From the human T2T-CHM13v2.0 reference genome, Homo sapiens, in assembly GCF_009914755.1 (NCBI RefSeq), contig NC_060945.1: 64,000 nt of DNA. One strand, 5' to 3'. Numbering within the stretch: position 1 is the stretch's first letter; each line of letters starts with the position of its first letter. This document shows, one piece after another, positions 30,961-44,164 of the stretch. The position numbers were made by a program, and so were the translations under genes. The notes under the pieces are model-generated. The model worked only from the letters and a program-made list of their open reading frames with translations, did no database searches and was not told the origin of the DNA.

Positions 30961-33753
30961 GTACTTTTTATTAACCAAACAGCACAGAAGCATGAAACAC
31001 CCAAGGGTGCTGAGCAGACAGATGGGCTGTCTCAGAGGATGAGAGTATAGAGCAACAATCAAGAATCGAGACCACCAGATACTTCAGGAAGCATCCACAG
31101 ATAGTGCTCAGGAGGAGCAGAGGGTGCAGGCAGTGAGAAGGCGGAGGAGTTAGTGGAAATGAGGGGGCTCTGCTGATAAGAAGAGTCCAGGATGGGGAGG
31201 CCAAGGTGGTGCATTCAGCAAGGGAGAGGCCCTTCCTAGCAAGGAAGGAAACTCCCAGAGACTCTGAATAGGGTGGTCAGGATGGAAGTTCGACTGCAGG
31301 GACAGAGGGTGATGATGGCTGAAGCTGCAAGACACACTCATCTTAGATGAGGAAGGGAGATGGCAGCGTGGCTGGGGAAAACAAGCATGACACCTAGTTT
31401 TCCAAACGAGGGAGGGGAAGCAACCAGTAGAAATGAAGCAGTGGGACATTCTAGAGGGAAAGCAAGAACAAGATCTCCCAGGGATTGGGAAGAAACAGAA
31501 TGAAGGTCAAAGCGTTGCCCTCAGAGAGAAGATGGGCCCCTCCCTGTCTGAGAGACACAATGCCAGGCACAGCAGGGTGTGTGGGGCTGGCCAGACTGGT
31601 CACTCCTGCTCAGAATGTGACAGTTGTTCCAGTCTTTCCAATGGATTGTGGTCACCTATCCTGGAGTGTCCATAAATTAGATCAGACTTTTCAGTCTTGA
31701 AGAGGGGCAGAGAGAAGCGAGAAAGTGATTGCTTGGTTTTCCCACTCCAGTTAAGACACAAGTCGCCCTCTCTTAGATTCCAGAATTGTGGAAAGCCAAA
31801 TCTTCTAAAAAGGTCTGGTGAGCTTTAGAGTGAGGAACGGGGAAGCTATTTCGGAAGAACTAGTCTCTGCATGACTGATGGGCAGGACGTTTCCTCGTCA
31901 ATTTTCTGGGGCAAGACCGATTTGGATTTGCTTTGATTCCACCACGTCATGGGTTCTCACGACAGAGGAAAGAATAGTCAATCCAAACCCTCACATTAGC
32001 CGGAGTTCCAATTTTAGACAGATGTTCCAACCCACTTCCCACAAACCCGCTTCTCTTAAGAATTCTAGCAAGTGGAAAATTGAATTTCATTTTCTCTGCT
32101 GTCCCTCTCCTGGGGATGACAGAAACTGGGTTTTGAAGGAGAAAAAAGGGTCCCAGGTAATTCACCCAGAGCAGTGACCACATAGTTGAGGGTTAAGAAC
32201 AAACTGATCCCCACAACTCAACACCTGTTGGGTAGCTCCACCTGGTACCAGCAAGAAAAGGGGGGGCTGGCAAGCAAGCATTCAAGGGTATTTTCCCTGC
32301 TCTAACAAGGTATGTTTAATTCTACAAGAAAACTGTTATTTCTCTGCATCATTTTCCCTCTTGACTTCACCTTTAATGCACACTCTATAGACGTCCTGTT
32401 GTTTAACTTTGTGCTTGCAGTTAAGTGTTAGCATTTTGAACAAATTAATGCTGACTTCCTCTTTTCCTATAAAGGCTGCACCCTCTGGATGTATTTCAGT
32501 GATTATACTAATTCCTGCATCAATAAAATAGAATTACTTTTACTTAAACGTGGCTTAAATTCCTGGCGATACTTGAGTGGAATGCAAAAGGCCTATGTTT
32601 TGCACTTCATTGCATCTGTGTTGTTCTGGAGAAATCTGCCGTTGGTATTTCGGGGGTCTTTTGAAGAGGAGTCTGCTCTCTGTAATCATTGCCATGTTTT
32701 ATTTGAGCTCTCGGAGATGGGCATTTCCTTTGCCTGGGTTTTGTGGAGGAGACACGCACTAACTAGATTTGGGGTTTCAAAGACTCAGGTCCTCAGATAA
32801 TCACTTGGTACCTGTTCTTTGGCCAGTGGCCAAACATCTCCGCATCTCAGCATCTTTCTTCTAGGGACTGTTGGTCAACAGCTTATGCTACCAACTTCTA
32901 CCCTGAAAAATATTCACTTTTTTAGGGTTTTTTAGGATAAAATAAGAAATTTCTTTTAAAAGAAAGCTTGATGTGTCTTTGAATGGTCTGATGCATTGAA
33001 TAAATTGCATGTCCTTTTTCTAGAAAGCAAATGAAATAATTTTAGTTAAAAGGTTTCATAAGGCAGGTTTCGGTTGATGGGAGCGCAATGTCTCCCTGTA
33101 TGGTCACATACACGACTGTGTTTTGTGAGTGTTGCATTTCCCCAGGTTTCAGAGAAGAAAATGATTCTTTTCCTCCATGGGTCAGACATGTAGGTGTAGT
33201 TCTTCTCTCAGCCTCTGCCTTCATTTCTCAGACAACTTGGTTTCCTGTGAACCAGGCACATGCATGTTCTTCAAAATGGCCCTGGATTGAAGCAGGCCAC
33301 CAGTTTCCATTTAGCCTTAGCTGAATGAGAAGATGTTCAGTCCTGCCAGCTTCATTATCAGCAGGTCTCTTGCATTTTAAGTGTTTTTCTCAATTTGTTT
33401 GAGTCATCCTGTTGTGTACCCTGAGGCTTTGAGGTACCAGAAGACGGAGGTTGAAATCTTTACAGTAGATGTGGGCTCCTACCTTTCTATTGTGTCAGGT
33501 TCTAGGAATATCATTTTTCTTCTCAAAATGACTTCACTAGCGGGGAGAAACCAGCTGGTTTTTTTCCTGGTAGGGGTGGCTTGAAGATGCTCCCACGGGG
33601 GAGGAATTGAGGGGCTTGTGACTTTGTGCATGGATCTCTGCTCTACTAGTTTGTGCAAAGTGGAGATTGTGCAGACCCTAAAATGTTGTACAGAGGAGAG
33701 CCCAGTCTAAGGGTTCTATAGCGGAGAGAGCACCAGCGAGGAGTTCTTGGATC

Positions 33754-33963
33754 CAGTGGGCCCCCTCCAATCCCAGGAAGCCTCTATAAATTGATCTGTC
33801 TTAACAAAAAGCCTCAATTTGTAGCATTTGTCAATTTTTGTGGTGTACAAGCTCCCACCATGGCTGACTGCAAACTATCACCTGTTGACCAGCTCACAAC
33901 ATTCCCGCTATTTAACGATCAGCTGTCATGAGCTGATACGAGCTCACTGCAGCACCCCCACTG
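33754..33963. mobile_element. MER63A-like hAT-Blackjack fossil
   Basis: Terminal cagtgg...ccactg about 210 bp apart; internal 'tttgtagcatttgtcaattt...ctcccaccatggctga' and 'gagctgatacgagctcactgcagcac'. Confidence 0.7.
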
Positions 33964-35659
33964 AAACAAGTCCTACATCCTTGCAGTGGGGGTGAAGGGA
34001 TCCTATTTTGCTGGAAGGTGGTGGGAAGGAGGGGGTGACATGGAAGGGAAATAAAGGGATGCAGGTTTGGGAAAGGTTGCCCACTCTGTCTCCCTCTTGG
34101 AGAGTTCTAGAACAAGTGAGCCTATTAAGGGCTCTGAGAAATCCTATGATTGATATATATAATTGCTTAAATGTGCTTTCCCAAACTCATTTGAGCTTAG
34201 GATAACCTACGCACATCTTGGTTCTGTGGAACGTATTTGATATTTGGTTTGGCGGCTCCTGGAATGAATGACAGGAACGTTGGAGATGGGCACACCCCCA
34301 CTATGCCTTCTTCACGATTCGCTCAGGGCCAGCCCAGCATGTCCCCGTTTCCACCTGACACAGCCCAAAGCTGTCAGCCCAAGCATTCACTGTCAGCATC
34401 CCCTATTGTCCTCAGCGTGCACCGACTCCCGCTCCCTTCCCCTTGCCTCAGTAGAAAGAGACATGACTCAGTCAACCAGCAACAAGCAAAAAGGAGAGTG
34501 ACATATTACCCAAACAGAGGAAGATTCTCTGACACAATGGGAGGTTAGCTTAGACTCTGTTGCTAGACTCAGAGGGTAAGATGAAAGTAAAGGTTCTAAA
34601 ATAGAATCCTATCACCAGAAACGGGGACAGCCTGAGGCTGGGATTACCTACAGACCACCCACGGCGCTTTCACCTTCACCCACTCCAGTTTTTCCCTATG
34701 GGTTTGCAAATGGAATCATTCCATATTCGAGTGCGGTGCTGCTCCTCCAGCTGCCAGGAAGCCCCCAAACCTCAGCACTGTAGGCTCTGAATGTGTTCTG
34801 CATTTATCCCTCCTCCAGCCCTTCTCACTGAAGCTCTCAGCTTGGTGAATGATGACTTGGCAACTAGGGAGGTCGGGGCCAGGGCCAGTGTAGTATCCAC
34901 ATTGGGCTCCACCCCATAGACTCCATGCAAGCCCCCTGACCTTCCCTTGAGAGTGATGTGTATGGGCTGTGGGAGGAAGGGGTGTGTAAAGCCTGTGACT
35001 TTGCTTGGTGGAAACCCACAGCTGGAGGCAGAGGACACAGGGACACCTGCTCTGAATGAGGCCTGGAGCAGCCACGTGGAGGATGCTGAAGGCACAGCTC
35101 CCACCTCTACGGCAGCTGTGGCAGTGGCAGTGGCAGCTGGGGCAGAGCTGGGGAGAATTATTAGGGGAGAAAGAGACACAATCAAACGGCCTTCCTTGAA
35201 AGGTTTCCTAAGGGAAGAGAGCCTGGGGTATGGAGCCCCATCTATGGGATGAGCCATTGGGAAGCACATGGGGTCAGCACTCTGAGAATAATGGAGAATT
35301 CTCCCCCTCCGGGCTCTGACTTTTTCGGTAGCACAGACTTGGGTGAACTTCAGGTGGAGTCTATAGTAAAGTGCAGCCTAGGGGCTTGGCTCAAAACAGA
35401 TGAGCTGAAACGTACATACCTGATGGCTCAAGCACAGGCTTGGAGCCCCATCTCTGCCATTTTGGTCCCATAACTTCTACCAGGCACCTCCTGTGTACCG
35501 AGCCCTGTGCTAGGCCCTGGGGATGCAAAGACCAATAAAACACAAATCCCTGCCAGGGGAACTCAGGGTTCTTTTGTGGCTTAAAACTGGTCTGAGTCTG
35601 GGGGTGAGGGTGGGGTGGGGTAGGAGACATTTTTTTGGAATGAAATAAGACATCCTCTT

Positions 35660-35825
35660 AAACACTGTTTTGGAGTTGGGAGTCACTGCTTTATGAGCAT
35701 GGGCTTTCCTTTTGGGGTAATGAGAATGTTTTGGAACATGATGGAGTTGTTGGCTGCACAACATCATCAATGTACTAAATGCCTCTGAAATGCACTCTTG
35801 TAAATGGTTAATTTCACCTGAGAAA
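35660..35825 (+). mobile_element. Short L1M 3'-end fragment
   Basis: 'tttccttttggggtaatgagaatgttttggaac...gctgcacaacat...aatgtactaaatgcc'. Confidence 0.7.
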
Positions 35826-38334
35826 AGAGAAGTTGCTTTTGATGGTAAAACTCTAGAAGTCCAACACCTCTGGAAGGTCATGTGTCTTCATCTGCCTAAG
35901 CCTGAGAACCAGGGGTGTGCAGGGTAGACATCTGAGAGATAAAGCATGGTGGCATGTCCATCCAGGGCCAGTGTCCCGATGGGGAGATGGAGAGAGGGAG
36001 GCACAATGCAGGGGACTCCTCCATGAGCCTGGGCAGCCTACATCCCAGCCCTGTTAAGGTACTGTTCACCTCTGCAGCCTGCAGCGCTGACAACCATGCT
36101 TGAGGCCAGGTTGGAACATCTGGCAAGCCATTAATACCTGGTGACTGTGATGAATGCCTATGAGCTCCAACTGACTTCAGCATTTCACGGTCACCCTCCT
36201 GGAGGCACCGTCCTTAATAATACTTTTATGCAACTTAGACACGAGTTGCTGCGCTGGGCTGTTGCAGTTGACTGGGGGACAATGTGATTTTTCTCCTGAC
36301 ATGAGTTTCCTAACAAATTACGTTGGGGGCACGATGCTTTTCCTTTTGTGAGATTGGACTTTCTCTTTTATTGTGTGATGTTCTTTTCCTGTGTTGTACT
36401 GATATGTTACGGGGGGATCTGCAGAGCTTCTTTACACAGCACAGCTTGTTTTTTCTCTGAGGTCCTCACTGTGCATCAGTGCCCGATGGCAAGAGAAGAC
36501 CTGTTTCATATTGCCTCTCTCTGGGTATATGTGCTACAGGAGTACGTCTCATTAGGGGTCAGAGTGGCCAGAAGTAAACTGGATTTGTGCTTATCAGTCA
36601 TTTATTCCTTGAGGTGATTCCTACTTTAACCTGAAGTACTTGGTGGATTTTCATCAGACAGTGGAAATATTTGCATTTTCCTTTTTCTCTCAGCTTGGGT
36701 GGCAGTGTTTCTCTTGCAAAATTAGCTGCATTTGTAAAGTGAAGCAGAACGAAAGTCAAGAGGGCGATTTCTCTGTTGGCGTTTGTTTATTTTTCCAGGA
36801 TCATCTTGCTAAAAGGAAAAGTTTTCCTAGCAATAACCTTGCGATATCTTTAGGCAGCTCTGATCATAATTGATCTGCAGTCAAGTCTTCCATCCTGGAA
36901 GGAAAATATCCGGAAAGAGGACTTGATTCCCTTCTGCCCAGTCATAGTCTATTTAGGGTGAGGCCTGAGTGGTGTCTGGGGACAGGGTTTCTGGGGACAG
37001 AGTCTGAGTCACAAAGTCTCCCTGCTGATTCTCTGCTCACCAAGCCATGTACTCTGGTTTGGGACAGTTGCTGCACAGAAGGGGGCAGATTCCTGCCCGA
37101 TGATCTTGTATAACCCTGCAGTGGCCCCGTCTAGGAACCCAAAGACATTCTGGTTCTATGTTTGTAGAGTATATTTTAAGGCCACAGTGAATGAACTTGG
37201 AAGGAGATAGAAGGATTTGCCATTGAGATGCCTTTTTGGTAGACAGCATGAAAACTCTGGGCTTCTCCCTGGGGTCAAACCATGCTCTGCACCTGGCCAG
37301 CTCTCCAGGAAGCCAAGGTGGAATGATGGGTTTCAGGACAGTGGTTTCTCATACTTTCCAGGGCTGTATTTGTTTAATGCTCACACTCTTTTTTAACAGT
37401 GAGATTTTGAGCACTTTTGAGTCTCGGCTCACACAGACAGCCAGCATGGGCCATGGAGACAGGCAGCCCTGGGGGCCAACTATGGTTCCCCATTTGGTGT
37501 TCTGTGTCTCCTGGGGATGACTTATTAATAGCTCATAGATTACAAACGGCCTGTACTTCCCTGCCCTGTGGCTTGTCTACTGCAATGCTGTTTGGGTTTC
37601 ATGCACTTGGGATATAGTCCTTTTAAAATTACATTTTCTCCTGCTTCCATGCTTCTCCCCTGGGGCCCATTGGCAAAGCCTGTGTGCTTTGCTGTGCCTC
37701 CCCTGAATTATTCTTGCCTTCTCCAGCAAAGGTTTATTTGATTTCTTTAAAGTTACTTGACTGAATTCTCAACGCAAGTACATACACTAAAGTAATCACA
37801 TCTGCTCTTTTTTAGGGAAAAGTAGAAATCTGCACTCTTGTCTCGACTTTGCCTTGCCTGCAGAACTCAACATTTGCGAATGATGTGTCCTTGAGAAGTC
37901 ATGTTTTACCCAGTTTTGCAAACTTTTGGCTCATATCATAAATTCAAAGATGCTGGTGCTCCCAGTCTTAGTGCTAACATTTCTATTTATACCCCTTTCC
38001 CTGAGCCCCAAGAAATGTTCTTTAAACATATTCTCAGCTGGACCAGAAGAGATTTGGTTTGTGTGTTTGTTTTTAATGGGCCCTGCATTGACTTGGATAA
38101 TGCTGTTGAAAACACAGTAAGATGGATTAAGTGCTGGATAATTCTCCTTCTAGCACCAATACTCCCTAATAACTTTTTGATACATACAAACAAAAACATC
38201 CTCTTTAATCTGCAAATTCCTCTTTGGATGGGCTGAAGGGTAAGGTTATCTGGAAAAAATGAGTAACTTCTGCAGAGAGAATCCTGTGTCAGTCACCAGA
38301 GGAGAAGAGAGAAAGCTGCTTGTCTCTTGCAGAC

Positions 38335-38630
38335 CTGTGCTGGCCAATACAGCAGCTACCAGCCTGAAATTTGCCTGGTCTGAATAGAGATGTGCAGTAA
38401 GTGTTAAACACACAGGGGATTTTTGAAGAGTAATAATGTAAAAGTAAAATATCCCATTAATAATTGTCATACCAATTACATGTTGAGCTTTTAATATCTG
38501 GATATAGTGGGTGAAATAAAATATATCATTATTTTAATTTCACCTATTTCTTTTTTCCTTTCAAAGGTTCATATTATAGAATTTAAGATTATGCAGGTGG
38601 CTGGCATTATATTTCCACTGGGCAGGGCTG
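38335..38630. mobile_element. MER33-like hAT-Charlie fossil
   Basis: 'gagatgtgcagtaagtgt', 'gtaaaatatcccattaataatt', 'aatttcacctatttctttt', degenerate terminal inverted repeats. Confidence 0.75.
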
Positions 38631-39446
38631 TTACAGAACATCCAGTACTGAGGAACGCCAGCTCTTAGCATGTTGGGAATAAAATTGATGCAAAAGGCAG
38701 TCCCTTGGTTGGCTTAAGTCAGAAGAAAAGGGCTGCTTATTAGGGGGGTTTAACCTTTTGATGTGGAAGGAGCTGAGGGCTCTGTAATTGGGAAAAAATT
38801 AATAAGAGTTCATAATGTGATATAATAAGGGGTATTGAACACAACTAATCAAAAAATGGTTGGGGAATTGCTGATAAACGTGTGTAAATATGTTCCCTCC
38901 TAGTTTGGGAGCTGTGGCTACTTTAGCCCGCTGGTTCAATTGTTTTTCATTTTTTCGAGTGCTATGCAAGCTCGTGTCAGCTTTCTGCACACCACTAATA
39001 ACCCAATTTGTGCCTGATTGGAGAAGCTTGACATTGACAGTATCTTATGTTGATGCCATGCATGATGGGGTGAGGAGGGAGAGAGGGAGAAAAGCTCCTG
39101 GAAAAACGGGCATTTACAAATGGGAAAAGTGAACTGGGAGAGGGCAGTGTACCATTGGCTTGGGTAAATATTCATTTTATTTATTTATTTAAAAATTTTG
39201 GTTCATGAACAATTCTTTAGGTTTGAAAAAAAAAAAAAGATCAGGTGTTGTTATCCAGGGCTGAAGAAATGAATCATGGTCCCAGCTTTGAAGCACCTGT
39301 GGCAACATTGCCAGTCTCCCTGTTCTTTCCTGCTAAGCCCATGACTCCAGTGTGGCTTGTGGAGGAAGCTCACTGGGACTATTTTAAAACGTGTGCCCAA
39401 GGAAGTGCAAATGCTGTGCCCAGCACTACTACAAACCAGTAGCTCT

Positions 39447-40041
39447 TGTAAACCAAAAACAAAATTTGAACGCCCCCCAACCATCTGAGTGGACTTCTTC
39501 CTTGGCCAGGGCTCTCCTAAAATTTAACCTGAGAGACTGGTTCAGGCCATTATGGTAAGTGGGGATCGGACACGCCTTATTATACCTCTCTGGCATTAAC
39601 ATCAACACAGACCCGAAGTCTGATAAGAATCGTTTACAATCTACTCTCTCTGAAGCCTGCAACCTGGAGGCTTCAGCTGCATGATAAAACTTTGGTCTCC
39701 ACACCTCTTATCGCGACCCAGACATTACCTTTCTATTGATCCCAGGTCTTTAGATAAACTCAACCCATTGTCGACTAGAAAACATTCTAAATCTACCTAT
39801 AAACTGGAACTAACAACCCCCCTCCTTTGAGTTGTCCCGCCTTTCTGGACTGAACCAATGTATTTCTGAAATGTATTTGATTGAAGTCTCATGTCTCCCT
39901 AAAATGTATCAAACCAAGCTGCACCCTGACCACCTTGGGCACATACATGTTCTCAGGACCTCCTGAGGGCTGTGTCACTCATATTTGGCTCAGAATAAAT
40001 CTCTTCAAATATTTTACAGAGTTTGACTCTTTTCATTGACA
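39447..40041 (+). mobile_element. ERV1 solo LTR (MER4A/B group), 595 bp
   Basis: TG...CA ends: 'tgtaaaccaaaaac...ccccccaaccatctga' to 'cagaataaatctcttcaaatattttacagagtttgactcttttcattgaca'; AATAAA at 39994-39999; 4-bp flanks ctct/ttct. Confidence 0.88.
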
Positions 40042-40589
40042 TTCTTCTGCCATTCCCCTGTTCCTGGAGGCTCAAGGACCATAAACTTGAATAGCGTGAT
40101 TTGGCTTTGGTTTGAGCCTATGCCTTTAGGTTTAGATCTTTGCCTAATTGACTAGTAGACTTTGCTGCTAAAAAGCATGACTGCAAATCTGATAAACACT
40201 CCAGCTTTTGCCTTTAGATCTCTGACCAATTCTCCTTCTCAGTGACTTTTCCTGACTTCCTCTTCTGTCTGTCCCCTTGAATGTTGGGGGTACCCCATGG
40301 TTTGTCTTCAGCCTCTTTTTCTTCTCATCCCTCACTGTTTCTTGGGGAAAGGTCTCCTGTGGATGAAGCGCTCCCTATATGTAGATGACTTCCTCATCTA
40401 GCTCTCCAGGTCAGATCTTTCTTTCCCTCAATTTCTTTGCTGTCATATTGACTTGCTTGCAAGATATTTCCACATGGATTTCCTGTAAGAACCTCAAAAT
40501 AAACATTTTTTCAAGACAGAGATTGTTATCCCCATGCTGTCTGGACTAGATATTCTCCATCTGTCCCTGAAGAGTCCCCCCACACCCTC

Positions 40590-40960
40590 TGGACTCTCTC
40601 TGCAGCCCAGGAGAATGACCTTTCTGGATGTACCTGGTCTCTCATGTCCTCTGGCTTCCTGTTGGGCTTGGCTCATGAGAGGTTCTGGTGGGAGATCAAA
40701 GAGTAGGAGGAGAATGGAACCTTTCTATTAAGATGGGTTGAGTTGAAATGGGCTGTGTTCCTCTTCCTACAACCATAGTCCCACTCAGTGGTCCTCTCTC
40801 CTGCAGCTCTGTCTGGTTTCCTCCCTTGGCCCCTTTAGACTCAGGGTTGTGATGGCTCTAGATGTTGCCAGCCCTGGGTTCCTCTCCTTTCCTTCTTGGT
40901 GACTAGCCTTGCCCATGCCTCCACAGAGTTCCTTTTCTAAGCATCCTCATCACCTGATGA
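40590..40960. mobile_element. Old ERVL LTR fragment (LTR16-like)
   Basis: 'cctctggcttcctgttgggcttggc...gggagatcaaagagtaggaggaga...ggttgtgatggctc' pattern; boundaries approximate. Confidence 0.5.
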
Positions 40961-41200
40961 TTGTTCCTTCTTTTCTGCAAGGCCCCAGCTCAGACCTTTT
41001 CCATGTGGCCCCTCCTGTGCAGGGCTCTGTGCATGGCACCAACGCCAGCCCAGGATACCAAGCCAGCACCCAGAGGCATCTTTGTGTCTCCATCTTTCAC
41101 CCCGCTGCCAACAAATGCCAAGTCCTGTGGCTTCCTTTTCCTAAAAGCCTTTCCTCATGGTCCCTCTTTGCTGTCCCCAAAGCACCAGAACTCTTTGGGT

Positions 41201-41724
41201 TGTGGAAATAAGTGAAAATCAACCAAGTGAGGAAAACAGAGGCTATTTATTCGCACGTGCTGTAGTAAGGGACCATCACGTGCATTTGGTAACGGCCCAA
41301 AGGCAGGCAGGGGAGTGAGAAAGCTTCATGTTGGAAAAGGGGGAAGGCCTCAGGCATGCCCTGATGGAAACTGTCATCATGGGGAAGCTGCAGGTGAGCT
41401 ACCTAGAAATGGACATCCTGTGTGATTGGTGAGGGGGCATATTTGACTTTTACCAATTGGCCTTAAGTTGGAAGTAGGAGCAAAAATCAGGGAAATTTGG
41501 TTATTAACCAAGTCCTGGTCATTTGGGCCAATTGTTACAGAAGTTATTGTTTAGCTTTCTGGAGTGTCACTGGTTTCTTGCAAGGCTGACTTACAACAGG
41601 CTGGCTTCCTGGGTTGTTTATTGTAGAAAAGCAGTTGGTTTCCTGGGCAGGTGGCTGCAGGCTGTGGGTCCAAGTGCTATTTTTATATGTGGTTGGCCAC
41701 TGTCCATTTCTGTATTCAATCTCA
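41201..41724 (-). mobile_element. Solo LTR, ERV1-type (possibly MER67-like), 524 bp, same strand as KCNJ6
   Basis: TG...CA termini with perfect 4-bp TSD gggt (41197-41200, 41725-41728); minus-strand AATAAA at 41251-41246, ~45 nt from the LTR 3' end. Confidence 0.75.
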
Positions 41725-42716
41725 GGGTCAGTTTTTAATTAACTGTTTTTTTTGTTGTTGTTGTTCTGGATTATAAAGATGGTATATACTCATGTAGAAC
41801 ATTTTAATTAACCCAGAAAAATATTAAAAAGAAAAAACACCTTGTATCCTGCCAGCAGAGGTAACCATTGTTGACATTTCCAGGAACATCTTTTCAGAGA
41901 TCTCTCTGTGCATTGACACATTCATACATGAGTGGCCATCCTCTACAAAGCGTTCTGTAGCCCTCTCATCAGTTTTCACTGGGGTTGCTGTGGCAGTCAC
42001 CAGATCTAGATCACTGTTCCAGTCTTGCCAACATCCACTTCATTTCTCACAGAGCTTCAGATTGGGCTCTCTCTAATTCAGATTCCAACAGTTCCTGTCC
42101 TGCTTTAAATTGTTCAGTGGTTGCTCATCAAGTCCAGGCTCCCAGCAAGGCTCTCTGGGCCACTGATGATGTGTCCTCTTCTTCCAAACCTTCCATCTCT
42201 TCTCTGCACTTGGGGGAACTCAGGATTCTCTAAGGACTGTGCTCCTTCCTGCAGATGTGTGCCCACATGTTGCCTCTGTTGTCTCCCAGGCTCTTCCTCA
42301 GCCCCCATAGACTAGCGAAATCCTCAGGAGTCAGCTCAGACTTGCCCTTCCCTGGAAGCCTGCCAGAGAGCTCCCAATATGTTTAGTTTCTGTCCTCACC
42401 ACCCAGTGCCTGCCTCTGGGACAGCACTTAGCCCACAGGATGACAGTGGCTGGCTTTCATGTCTCTTCCCTGACAGACCCTCAATCTTCAAGGTAAGCAA
42501 CTATGCTTTACTCATTTTGTCCCCAGCCCAGTGTCTGTGATGGTACCTGAGACATAGTGGAGGCTCAGGAGACATTGCCTGAATAAATGAGGTGCTGGGT
42601 GGATGCAATCATATGTATGTATGTGTGTGCATGTGTATGCGTGTGTATATGTGTGTGTGTGATACATATATATCTGTAGATGCCCTGATTGTATGTCAGC
42701 TTGCTGTTTGGGTACC

Positions 42717-43098
42717 TGCCATGGTTTGAATGTTTGTCTTCTCCACAACTCATGTGAAATTTAATTGCCACTGTGATGGTACTAAGAGGTGGAACATTTA
42801 AGAGGTGATTAGGCCACGAGGGCTCCCCCCTCACGGATGGATTAATGCTGCTATTGAGAGAGTGGGCTCCTCGTAAGAGAATGAGTTTGGCCCCTCTCTT
42901 ACTTTCTTCCCTCTCACCCTCTCTTACCCTTCCACCTTCTGTCATGAAATGATGCAGCAAGAAGGCCCTCTCCAGATGCTAGCCCCTCCATCTTAGACTT
43001 GCAGCCTCCAGAACTGTGAGAAATAAATTTCTGTTCATTATAAATTACCCAATATGCGGTATTCTGTTACAGAAGCTAAAAAAAAAAAGACTATGACA
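42717..43098 (+). mobile_element. MaLR LTR (MST-type)
   Basis: 'tgccatggtttgaatgtttgtc...gaggtgattaggccacgagggctc...cagcctccagaactgtgagaaataaatttctgttc...gactatgaca'; 5-bp TSD gtacc/gtact. Confidence 0.9.
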
Positions 43099-43368
43099 GT
43101 ACTAGACAGAGATACAAACACCTACTTTCCATGGGGAAACCACTTACACCATTAAAAAAACCCCTCAGCGATTACTTTTTAATATGGTCAATAATACTTC
43201 TACACACTTTGCCTCCATTATCATACCTCCTATTTATAATCCCACGAAGATTTTTGTGGGGAGTGAAATGTTATATTCATGAAAATGCTTTGAACTTTTT
43301 GGAGAAAAATTCACTCTTCCCCAAATCAGTAAGGGAGCCACACTACTCTATCAATAATGGATAGTATA

Positions 43369-43644
43369 TCGCAAGGACAAAAAACCAAACACCGCATGTT
43401 CTCACTCATAGGTGGGAATTGAACAATGAGAACACATGGACACAGGAAGAGGAACATCACACACCGGGGACTGTTGTGGGGTGGGGGGAGGGGGGAGGGA
43501 TAGCATTAGGAGATATACCTAATGCTAAATGACGAGTTAATGGGTGCAGCACACCAACATGGCACATGCATACATATGTAACAAACCTGCACATTGTGCA
43601 CATGTACCCTAAAACTTAAAGTATAATAATAATAAAATAAAAAA
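43369..43644 (+). mobile_element. Young 5'-truncated L1PA (L1PA3-like) 3' UTR
   Basis: Near-consensus 3' UTR with 'aatgctaaatgacgagttaatggg'; TSD aatggatagtata at 43356-43368 and 43645-43657. Confidence 0.93.
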
Positions 43645-44164
43645 AATGGATAGTATAGGTGTCTATTTTTCCAGATGAGATAAGCTGAGAGGTGACTGGG
43701 AAGGAATGCACATGATTTGGAATGCCCTGGAAACAGAAAGAATGAGAGGTCCAGACAGAGAAAAGCTCAGGTTAGGAACGGGTCTCCTCTGGGATTTCCA
43801 ACCCACCAAGCCATGTCCTCTTGGGAGGAGGAGAAAAGGGCAACAAAACTGGCAGAATCCTTATTCCACAGCCTGTCCCCAAACACCATCTTTCACTGAT
43901 GGTAATAATTCAAGTAAGAGAAGTGGAGATTAAGTAGTTGCTGAACTAAGGATCAGAGAGCAATAACTGAAGCTTGGCAGGCCTGGTAATTTATCTCCTA
44001 TGCAATGTTTTTCAGATGTTCCTGAGATATTCAAGTCTAGAGACCAGGCTTATTTGGAGTATGTGTCATAGGGAAGGCAACAGTGGGGGGTGTGTAAGGA
44101 TTTCACTGAGTTGCAGGAATCACAAATTAGGATGGAGGTTATTTTCAAACCTCTTTATATGGCA

